Source: Promethearchaeati archaeon
Lineage (GTDB): Archaea > Asgardarchaeota > Heimdallarchaeia > Heimdallarchaeales > Heimdallarchaeaceae
DNA: 46,139 bases
Assembly: GCA_013166775.1 (NCBI GenBank)
Contig: JABLTJ010000029.1
Location: 1-46,139, forward strand
Direction of reading: 5' to 3'
Made by a program: the position numbers and the translations under genes. Positions 38,093-46,139 of the stretch are shown here, one piece after another (position 1 is the stretch's first letter; every line of letters begins with the position of its first letter). The notes under the pieces are model-generated. The model saw nothing but the letters and a program-made list of their open reading frames with translations, was not told where the DNA came from and searched no databases.

Positions 38093-39931
38093 ATGAAAAT
38101 CGAGAAACAAGAGATAAGAAAAATCATAATTTCTGTAGTTTTACTTATTGTTGCAATTACTCTTACTATGACTTTTGCTAAAGGTACAGTAGCTAGTGTA
38201 AATCAAGATGCATCTCTACATGCTTCTTATTTTGATGGTGAAAATCAATATAATAGATCAATCAATTTTACATTTGAACTATTCAAAAACGAAACATATC
38301 CAGAAATAATCAAAACCTATGATTTAGGGTCCAATCTCACTCTATGGCTAGCTTACTCTCCTAAGATTCAAACAGGATACAACAAGCAATTAATAATTAG
38401 AGTTTCAGTCACAGATAGATCAAATTACACAGTCGATCCACTTCCTCGGATTGGTGATTTTAGTATAGAAATTTCGAGTGAATCTGAGGGAGGTTTAAAC
38501 CTTATTCTTCCTGCTTCAACCTTACAACCAGATTATAAAGATCAACAGTGGATTAATTTTACTCTTAGGTTACCATACAAAACTAATATTGTTTTGTCTA
38601 TATTGTTTTTAATCGGAATATTATGGGTCATGGAAACAATTCCACTTGTTGCATCAAGTCTCTTGATACCTGTGATGGGAGTAATTTTTCTAGGTTTAGG
38701 TGCGAAAGGTTTACTTGCACCTTTTGCAGAACCAGTTATTTTCTTATTCCTTGGAGGTTTCATTATCTCTAAAGCAATGAATAAAACTGGTCTAGACAAA
38801 TGGATCTCTCTGAATATTGTACGAATAAGTCCTGATAATCCAAAAATTCTCATGTTATTGATGATGGTAGTTACAGCAGTGCTTTCTATGTTTATGAGTA
38901 ATACAGCTACTGCTGCTACAATGATTCCTATAGCTGTCGCAGTAACGGATAAACTTAAGGTAAACAAGGAAATTGATGAAGAAAAAATCGAAAGATACTC
39001 TAAAGCGTTAATTCTTGGAATTGCATATAGTGCTTCAATAGGTGGAATTGGTTCTGCAATCGGAACTCCCGCAAATCCTATTGCAATTGCTTTATTAAGT
39101 CAATATGCAGGAGTGCAGATTACATTTACAAAATGGTTTGCATTTGGATTACCCATTGTACTATTAATGCTCCCACTTGTTTGGATATACCTTTGGATGG
39201 TATTAAAACCTGAAGTTCCAAAGGAAAGTATTGCTTTTGCAAAAACTGCTGTAAAAAAAGAGCTAGATAACTCTGGTAATTTAAATTGGAAACAAATCTA
39301 TGTTCTATGTGTCTTTCTCTTTGCTTTACTATTATGGTTTTTAGAAGGTATAATCAAGAGATTTCTCTTCCCTACCTTTTCCTCTTCAATTGTGGCAATT
39401 ATAGCAGCTTTTCTTTTATTTATTCCAGCTGTGTTTTCAGATGCTACAGTTCTACAAGGACGCGATGTAAACGATTTGAATTGGAATGCCATACTAATTT
39501 TTGGAGGAGGTTTAACTCTTGGAGTAGTTCTAACAGAATCAGGTGCTGGGGATTTAATCGCATTTTCATTAGCAAAACTCAATATTACGAATAATATTGT
39601 TCTAATTGCTCTAATAGCTGTTGTAAGTATAGTTCTTACATTCATGGCATCCAATACGGGTTCAGCTTCTATTCTTGTTCCACTAGTTATTCCACTTGGA
39701 TTACTATTTCAGATAGATCCCTTGCTTTTAGCAGTTGTAGCTGCTATAGGGTCAAGTATAGACTTTATGCTTCCTCAAGGGACGCCTCCTTCGATGATCG
39801 CCTACAGTACGAATAAATATACTGTTAGAGAAATGGCAAAAATAGGGTCAATTGTTGATATATTAGGATTATTGCTACTTTCCTTTGTTCTTCCATACTT
39901 CTGGAGGTTGCTGGGAATCGTTTCCTTCTAA
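38093..39931 (+). CDS. DASS/SLC13 sodium-coupled di/tricarboxylate symporter with an extra extracellular domain
   Basis: LFLGGF, SMFMSNTAT, YSASIGG.G..IGTP.N, FGGG..LG, SNT and GTPP motifs. Confidence 0.88.
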   Translation: MKIEKQEIRKIIISVVLLIVAITLTMTFAKGTVASVNQDASLHASYFDGENQYNRSINFTFELFKNETYPEIIKTYDLGSNLTLWLAYSPKIQTGYNKQLIIRVSVTDRSNYTVDPLPRIGDFSIEISSESEGGLNLILPASTLQPDYKDQQWINFTLRLPYKTNIVLSILFLIGILWVMETIPLVASSLLIPVMGVIFLGLGAKGLLAPFAEPVIFLFLGGFIISKAMNKTGLDKWISLNIVRISPDNPKILMLLMMVVTAVLSMFMSNTATAATMIPIAVAVTDKLKVNKEIDEEKIERYSKALILGIAYSASIGGIGSAIGTPANPIAIALLSQYAGVQITFTKWFAFGLPIVLLMLPLVWIYLWMVLKPEVPKESIAFAKTAVKKELDNSGNLNWKQIYVLCVFLFALLLWFLEGIIKRFLFPTFSSSIVAIIAAFLLFIPAVFSDATVLQGRDVNDLNWNAILIFGGGLTLGVVLTESGAGDLIAFSLAKLNITNNIVLIALIAVVSIVLTFMASNTGSASILVPLVIPLGLLFQIDPLLLAVVAAIGSSIDFMLPQGTPPSMIAYSTNKYTVREMAKIGSIVDILGLLLLSFVLPYFWRLLGIVSF

Positions 39932-39975
39932 ATCTTTTTCTTTTTTTTATTAGTTGGCAATATAGATCGAGGTAA

Positions 39976-40011
39976 AAGGAGGGAAGGAGGGAAGGAGGTT
40001 ATCTCCCTCCC
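39976..40011 (-). repeat. Triple AAGGAGG(G/T) repeat with a complementary arm (slippable hairpin; CCUCCUU repeats on the minus strand)
   Basis: AAGGAGGG-AAGGAGGG-AAGGAGGT-TAT-CTCCCTCCC. On the minus strand this gives the stem GGGAGGGAG/CUCCUUCCC followed by further CU repeats and UUUU. Confidence 0.7.
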
Positions 40012-40060
40012 AATTCTTAGGAATTATGGCTGACAATATGTGATGTGTTTACAAGTCCGT

Positions 40061-40237
40061 CTAAAGATCTATCATCTTTCTTTTCCAATCTCTTGTTGAT
40101 TTCTTAAGTGTGAGAATTTCTTGTTTTGGATAACCTATTAGATCAACTTTGAGATTAAAAATGCGAAGTCTGGATTGAATAGAAAACAAAGTGTCGATTC
40201 TACTTTTATTTACATAATAAATCTTTGTTGGAGACAT
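40061..40237 (-). CDS. Putative 58-aa basic small protein (not in the ORF track)
   Basis: MSPTKIYYVNKSRIDTLFSIQSRLRIFNLKVDLIGYPKQEILTLKKSTRDWKRKMIDL; TATA-like TTATATAT about 35-40 bp upstream; hairpin/U-tract downstream. Confidence 0.4.
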   Translation of the reverse strand: MSPTKIYYVNKSRIDTLFSIQSRLRIFNLKVDLIGYPKQEILTLKKSTRDWKRKMIDL

Positions 40238-40342
40238 CAATTTGATCAGTCGATTTATATTTTCATAGTCAATATATAAGTATCTTGGTGTGTATATTTG
40301 ATATAATTTGACACAATATTTTAATGCGTTGAAAATATTTTA

Positions 40343-42718
40343 TTATTCAACAAAATTTTCATCTTTTGTAGGTTTAGGCTTTTTACCAGGCCACCAATTC
40401 CATTTTTCTGCAATAGCCATAATGGCAGGAACAAGTATTGTTCTGATTATGAAAGTATCAATTAGCACTGCAATACAAAGCATAAATCCAAATTGAATAA
40501 GAACCATCTCTCTAGCAAGAAGTAGACCAGAGAAAGCTATTGCCATTATTATTCCTGCAAATGAAATTACATTTCCTGTTTTGTATAATCCTTTATGTAT
40601 AGATGCTTTATCTGTAAACCCTTTGTCTCTAAATTCACTAATTCGGCTCAAAAGAAAGATATCATAATCCAATGCTAAACCAATAAGAATTGAAAATGCC
40701 ATTATTGGAGTAATCCAATATAATGCATTCACATCACCTAAAACTGGAATGAGATTTCCGAAAAACGTACTCTTGAATACAACTATTGTTAATCCGTAGA
40801 TCCAAGATAGTGTGATTCCTACTGTTATTATAAGTCTTAATGGGATGAAAACTGATTTGAACATTATTGCAATTATAATATAAACAACAATCAATGTTAC
40901 AATCATCATTATGGGGAACAATTCATACACATTATCAATCGCATCAACCATAGTCGCTGAACCTTCAGCTAGATGGATTTCATAATCCTCAGATTGAAAA
41001 TCATCTAAAATGATTCTTGTTTCTTTTACCCAATTTTCTGCTTTGTCTCCCCAAGGATCAAAGGGAGTTGATATATCAACTAAAATTGTTGAGTTATCAT
41101 AATTTGTATATCTGTCAAAAACAATTCTGTATAATTCACCAAAGGGCGTATAATAGTTTGGATATGAACTGTTTAGAAACGTACGTGCTAAACCGTACCC
41201 TATCCAATACCCACCAGCTCTCATCACAGACGTAAAACTGTCCACATCTGCTTCCGTTTCATTTATCAAAGTTTCCAATAAAAGTATTGATGTTTCATAA
41301 AAATCATCATTTAATATTCCATTTACTTCATCTGATTTAATCACCAAATAGAAAGGTAAAACTTGACCAGGAGAAAAATCTTCAGCTAATGCTTCATATG
41401 CATTTCTAGAATCTGAACCTCTAGGAAGTATCTGCATTAGATCGATAGATCTGTCAAATTTGAAAACTTGGATTGATATGGGAATAGCAGCTGCTAAAAT
41501 AACTAATATAACAATAGGAGCAAATTTAGTAGAAAATTTTCCAATCTTAAACCAGATACTCTTGAATTGCTTCTCTATTTCCCATTTCTTATTATCTTCT
41601 TGAGGTGTCTGTTTTCGTCTTTCCAATTTTTTGTAAAGACTGAATTTCGAAAAGAATTTATCGAAAGTTAATAAGAGGGCAGGGGTTAAAGTAAGATTGA
41701 CTAGCAAAGTAATAATAATTGAGATTGCTGCTCCAATACCTACAGTTGAAAGAAGTTGTAGTGGAAAGAATGCTAATCCTAAATAAGTGATTGCTAAGGT
41801 TACACCACTAACAGAAACTGTGTGACCAGCGTTTTTATTCATCAAAAGTACAGCTTCATTACTAGATTTGTTATTAATTATCTCTTCTCTATACCTAGTT
41901 AACAGAAAGAGAGAATAATCGATTGATAGAGCGATTACTAAACTCATCATTATACTAGGTACAAATGAGAAGATATCCCAAGTTATTGCTATAGGATACA
42001 TTATCAAAAATGAAGTTAGAACACTTAATCCCATTGAAAGAATAGGAATAATCATTAGTTTTATACTTCTTATAACAATCGCTAAAACGAGTAAAGCGAG
42101 AGGGATGACTATGATATCCATTTTTGTCATATCTTCTTCTGTGGCTTCTCTCATCTCAACATACATTACTATGAAACCAGTAAGATACACAGAAATTTCC
42201 TCTTCGTTATACTGAAGTTCAGAAAGTTCTTCTCTTATATAGTCAATAAACAAACCAACATCTGATTTGTGCTCTTCATAATCTAGTTCAATATTTATTA
42301 GCATTGATCTATTTCCTGAAGAAACTAAATCTATGGCTTTTTCGGGATAACCGTAATCTACTAAGATATAATAACTAAGGATTGATAAAATTATATCACT
42401 TTTCTCAAAAGATTCAATAATACTTATAACGTTGTCATGAATGTTTTGCGATTCACTATTTATAATATCATCACTTGGGTTTGAGGTTCTAAGTAAAACA
42501 ATGATGCTTGTTTGGTTAGCAATTGTAGGGAATTCTTGAATCATCACTTTCTCAGCAATTGCACTAGGAGAATCTTCTGGAGGATCAAAAGTAGTAGTAG
42601 TCTCATCCAGAAATCTGGGACCTAACCAAACACCAAAGCCTAGTACTATAACCCACAATATAATAATATAGATTTTATACTTGTTGAGAAACTTCTGATA
42701 GACTTCGATAAGAGACAT
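40343..42718 (-). CDS. MMPL family (RND superfamily) transporter
   Basis: Two repeats of TM + extracellular domain + 5 TM; IDYSLFLLTRYREE, LDYDIFLLSRISE, DTFIIR..LVPA and NWWP motifs. Confidence 0.92.
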   Translation of the reverse strand: MSLIEVYQKFLNKYKIYIIILWVIVLGFGVWLGPRFLDETTTTFDPPEDSPSAIAEKVMIQEFPTIANQTSIIVLLRTSNPSDDIINSESQNIHDNVISIIESFEKSDIILSILSYYILVDYGYPEKAIDLVSSGNRSMLINIELDYEEHKSDVGLFIDYIREELSELQYNEEEISVYLTGFIVMYVEMREATEEDMTKMDIIVIPLALLVLAIVIRSIKLMIIPILSMGLSVLTSFLIMYPIAITWDIFSFVPSIMMSLVIALSIDYSLFLLTRYREEIINNKSSNEAVLLMNKNAGHTVSVSGVTLAITYLGLAFFPLQLLSTVGIGAAISIIITLLVNLTLTPALLLTFDKFFSKFSLYKKLERRKQTPQEDNKKWEIEKQFKSIWFKIGKFSTKFAPIVILVILAAAIPISIQVFKFDRSIDLMQILPRGSDSRNAYEALAEDFSPGQVLPFYLVIKSDEVNGILNDDFYETSILLLETLINETEADVDSFTSVMRAGGYWIGYGLARTFLNSSYPNYYTPFGELYRIVFDRYTNYDNSTILVDISTPFDPWGDKAENWVKETRIILDDFQSEDYEIHLAEGSATMVDAIDNVYELFPIMMIVTLIVVYIIIAIMFKSVFIPLRLIITVGITLSWIYGLTIVVFKSTFFGNLIPVLGDVNALYWITPIMAFSILIGLALDYDIFLLSRISEFRDKGFTDKASIHKGLYKTGNVISFAGIIMAIAFSGLLLAREMVLIQFGFMLCIAVLIDTFIIRTILVPAIMAIAEKWNWWPGKKPKPTKDENFVE

Positions 42719-42853
42719 TTGTTACAAACACACAAATATGCTTTTGCTATTTAAAACTTCCACATTTAACTTAGAATCTAAATAAAGAATAAAAAACACG
42801 CAAAAACTCTTAAAGCAGAATTTAAAGAAATTATTGAATAAGAAGTGATTTAG

Positions 42854-44881
42854 ATGGACACAAAACTGTTTTCTATTAATGATTTATTTCAACTAAAAAC
42901 AATAAACAATGTAAAAATCCTTCCTGATAAAAAGATACTTTTTGAAGAACAAAAAATGAGTGAAAAAGAGAATAAGTATTTTTCTGCTATTTATCGGATT
43001 GATGAGAATGGAGAAAATCTGTTTCAATTCACAGGTGGTTTATCGCAAGATAAATCTATGAAGCTTTCACCTCAGAGGGATAAAATTGCTTTTCTTAGCA
43101 CAAGAGGCGGAGAAAAAGAAAAACCACAAATTTTCATTATGCCAACAGGTGGAGGAGAAGCAATAAGATATACTAAACTACCAAATGGTGTAGATTATTT
43201 CGAGTGGTCTTTAGATGGGAGAAAAATAGTTTTTCAACATAGAGTGAATTTGGAAGAACAAACTGATGAAGATAAAGATAATGATGAAACAAAAGATAAA
43301 GAAACTATGTATTCAGACCTGAAAAGGAAGTTAAAGAAAGTAGCTAAAGAAGAAAAAGAAAAAGAGAAAATCGATCCACGAGTTATTTCTCAAATTGTAT
43401 ATAGACGAGGAACAGTTTTTCTCGATGATCGCTATACTCACCTTTATCTTCTAGATTTAGAATCAAAGGAAATTTCCAGAATTAGCAAGGGAACTTTAAA
43501 CTATTCTACACCTGTCTTTGGTAAGGATTGTAAGAAACTTTATGCGATCAGGCATATAGAAGAAGGACAGATGAATGATCTTTATGACTTTGAACTTTTG
43601 GAAATTGATCTTGAGACTAAGGAAGAAAAAGTACTAAAAACAGTATATGGTTTTGGAGCAAGTCTTTTGATTTCAAAAGATGGGCAATGGTTAGCTTATG
43701 TAAGTGCTGCATCTAAAGAAATAATTTCCACTCAACACAGTGAAATAAGATTACTAAATCTTGAAACAAAAGAAGAGAGATGGGTAAGTGAAGGAATAGA
43801 TAATCATGTATCTCGTCCACTTTTTGATGATGATACTAACTATATTTATTTCACAGTTGACGATTGGGAGAAAAATTCTGTTAGTAGATATAGCTTGGAG
43901 AGGGAGTCAATAGAGAATTTATACTTGAGCGATTCTTTAATTCAATCCTTTGATATCGATAGTGATCGAGGTTTACTAGCAATGAATGTTTCTTCTAAAG
44001 ATGACATTTCACAACTCGTCATTTATGATTATGTGTATAAAGAATCAAGAACAATTTGGCAATCAAATAAGCAGATCTTATCTGAAAGAATAATCGCTGA
44101 AATTGAAGAAATCAGATATAAAGGATATAATGATGTCGAAATTCAAGGATGGATTGTTAAACCACCAAATTTTGATGAAAATAAAAAATATCCAATGATA
44201 GTAGAGATACATGGAGGTCCTCACGCAACTTGGTCACCTCATGAAAGATCTATGTGGTTTGAGTATCAGTATTTAGCTTCACAAGATTATGTTATCTTTT
44301 ACTGCAACCCACAAGGATCAAGCGGTCGAGGATTTGATTTTAGATACATAGTAGCAAATTGGGGGATAAAACCGGCTAATGATATTCTTTTAGGAGTTGA
44401 TGAAGTTATTAAGAAAGGATATGTTGATGAAAACAATCTATTCGTAACTGGAGGATCTTATGGAGGTTACATGACTGCATGGTTAATTGGAACTGATCAA
44501 AGATTCAAAGCTGCTGTCCCCCAAAGAGGTGTCTACAACCTAGTCAGTTTCTGGAGTATAACTGATATCACTAGATTCATTAAAGATGAGATAGAGTACT
44601 TTCCATGGGAAAATCTTAAAGCTATGTGGGATCTCTCACCTATTTCATATGTTGCAAATGTGAAAACGCCAACAAGAATAATCCACTCAGAAAATGATTT
44701 TAGAGTACCAATTGCTCAAGCTGAAGAATTATTTGCTTCATTGTTAAAAGTTGGTGCAGATGCTGAGCTTATACGCTATCCAGAAGAAGGTCATGAATTA
44801 AGTAGATCAGGAAAACCAAAACATGTGAAGGATAGATTAGAGAAAATTTCCAGTTGGTTCAATAAATACAAAGATATGTAG
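42854..44881 (+). CDS. S9 family peptidase (acylaminoacyl-peptidase-like)
   Basis: Propeller repeats (LSP, WSLDG); IHGGPH, GGSYGG, HSENDFR and EGHELSRSG motifs. Confidence 0.92.
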   Translation: MDTKLFSINDLFQLKTINNVKILPDKKILFEEQKMSEKENKYFSAIYRIDENGENLFQFTGGLSQDKSMKLSPQRDKIAFLSTRGGEKEKPQIFIMPTGGGEAIRYTKLPNGVDYFEWSLDGRKIVFQHRVNLEEQTDEDKDNDETKDKETMYSDLKRKLKKVAKEEKEKEKIDPRVISQIVYRRGTVFLDDRYTHLYLLDLESKEISRISKGTLNYSTPVFGKDCKKLYAIRHIEEGQMNDLYDFELLEIDLETKEEKVLKTVYGFGASLLISKDGQWLAYVSAASKEIISTQHSEIRLLNLETKEERWVSEGIDNHVSRPLFDDDTNYIYFTVDDWEKNSVSRYSLERESIENLYLSDSLIQSFDIDSDRGLLAMNVSSKDDISQLVIYDYVYKESRTIWQSNKQILSERIIAEIEEIRYKGYNDVEIQGWIVKPPNFDENKKYPMIVEIHGGPHATWSPHERSMWFEYQYLASQDYVIFYCNPQGSSGRGFDFRYIVANWGIKPANDILLGVDEVIKKGYVDENNLFVTGGSYGGYMTAWLIGTDQRFKAAVPQRGVYNLVSFWSITDITRFIKDEIEYFPWENLKAMWDLSPISYVANVKTPTRIIHSENDFRVPIAQAEELFASLLKVGADAELIRYPEEGHELSRSGKPKHVKDRLEKISSWFNKYKDM

Positions 44882-44887
44882 AACCAA

Positions 44888-45325
44888 TTATTCCAATTCT
44901 TTCCTTATCTTAGTTTCTTTTAATACTGGAGGATTTTGAAATCTTCTTCTTATGCCCTCAGTATATTTTTCCTCTTTTTCAATCATCACAAAGTTTCTGT
45001 TAAGAGCTTTAGCAACATATCCTGTTGTCCCCACTCCAGCTAAGGGATCTAAAATTAAGTCTCCTTCTTTTGAAGTAGATAATATTATTCTACGTAAAAG
45101 CTCTTGAGGTTTCTGTGTTGCATGTAGTTTCTTGCCTTCCTCATCTTTAAGCCGTTCTTTACCTGTACACAAAGGTATTAACCAAAGATTTGCTCCTACC
45201 TTACCAATACCAAATTCTTTTGCTTTCTCTTTATCAAAAAAGTATTTCTTTTCTTCTTTATTTTTCGTTGCCCATATTATACTCTCTGTAGCGTTGGTGA
45301 AACGAACACCTAACCAATTAGGCAT
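44888..45325 (-). pseudogene. C-terminal fragment of a beta-class N6/N4 DNA methyltransferase (CcrM/M.HinfI-like)
   Basis: MPN..G.RFTNA.E.IIWA, C.G.ERLK...GKK.H.TQKP..LL.RII and DP.AG.GTT motifs; no N-terminal DPPY half upstream. Confidence 0.75.
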
Positions 45326-45446
45326 TGAAAGAAAAATATCTATTATTTTTTATTCACAAAGTTTAAATTCCAACAATTATTTTATTTATAGATTCAAGTA
45401 AATTGAATCAGACAATTTCATTTAAAGGATGATGGAGTTATTTAAA

Positions 45447-46139
45447 ATGAAAAAGCTCAAAGCTCTTATAATATGTTTTTTTCTTTTTTTATTTTTGAAT
45501 TTTATTGACACCCAAGCTTTTCCAACATATATACAACAAGGAGATAACTTTGAAACCACTTATGGACTTCCGATACTTATAAGTGATAATCCTGATTATG
45601 GATACCCAGATGAAACTATACAATGGGATAGAATAAATGCTGTTTTCCAGAGTCACTCTAATCTAAGAATCAATTATGGTAATTACAAATTAGCGATTTT
45701 AGACACAGGATTAGATGAACCAACTTGGACACATTTGGCAAGTAAATATCCATATTATTTATTAGAAATAAAACTAATTGACAGCAATGGTAATTACGTA
45801 AGTCGTTATAATGCCTATGATATATGTGATTATAAACATGGTTCAGTCCTTACTAGTTTAGTAGTAGAATTACTAGAGAGAAACGCGGATCAATTCAATG
45901 AGTACGTCTATGGTAGTGTAAATATGTTTATTTGTGCTAAAGATGATTACCAAGGACATCAAGGAAAAATTGATGAAAATCTTGTTGAACAGCAACTTCA
46001 ATGGATAATTAATTTTAACAATTTATACCCCACTGCCCCATTTAAGGTAATATCACTTTCATGGGGAATGACATATTCTGGAACACCAGTTTATTATGAT
46101 GAATTGCAAACTTTGATAAACCAAGGATGCATTGTAGTT
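45447..46139 (+). CDS. Secreted S8 (subtilisin-like) serine protease, truncated by the window end (not in the ORF track)
   Basis: Open frame to the window end: MKKLKALIICFFLFLFLNF signal peptide, LAILDTG (Asp), HGS (His), VISLSWG, and GCIVV just before the expected oxyanion Asn. Confidence 0.8.
   Translation, partial: MKKLKALIICFFLFLFLNFIDTQAFPTYIQQGDNFETTYGLPILISDNPDYGYPDETIQWDRINAVFQSHSNLRINYGNYKLAILDTGLDEPTWTHLASKYPYYLLEIKLIDSNGNYVSRYNAYDICDYKHGSVLTSLVVELLERNADQFNEYVYGSVNMFICAKDDYQGHQGKIDENLVEQQLQWIINFNNLYPTAPFKVISLSWGMTYSGTPVYYDELQTLINQGCIVV

Overview
Low-GC, gene-dense archaeal chromosomal segment, most likely from an Asgard archaeon (Heimdallarchaeia-like). This placement is inferred from a eukaryote-type actin homologue, TATA-box promoters, oligo-T terminators, a PEF-type sorting signal and the gene content. 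Housekeeping and metabolic genes include a class V aminotransferase-serA-panE run with a nearby DUF1015 gene, a complete larE-larC-larB nickel-pincer cofactor operon without larA, a 2-oxoacid:ferredoxin oxidoreductase pair linked to a DASS transporter, two S9 peptidases, a partial S8 protease, SSB, and MMPL, AEC and ArsB/NhaD transporters. The most striking element is a divergent actin-related protein. It carries an N-terminal zinc-ribbon fusion, has lost the Gln137/Asp154/His161-equivalent residues and the D-loop, has a ~40-aa insert, and has a perfect palindromic operator upstream. Two bacterial-type lipid proteins also lack their key residue: an ACP-like protein without the phosphopantetheine Ser and a PlsY without the motif-3 His. 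Other oddities are a circularly permuted family-5 solute-binding protein, a solo serine recombinase, a long G-U-rich hairpin leader before ssb, an unannotated 58-aa ORF followed by anti-Shine-Dalgarno-like repeats, a frameshifted DUF1684 gene, a CcrM/HinfI-like methyltransferase fragment and a probably chimeric first ~85 bp. No rRNA, tRNA or CRISPR array was recognised. All family calls come from motif recognition by eye; no searches were run.
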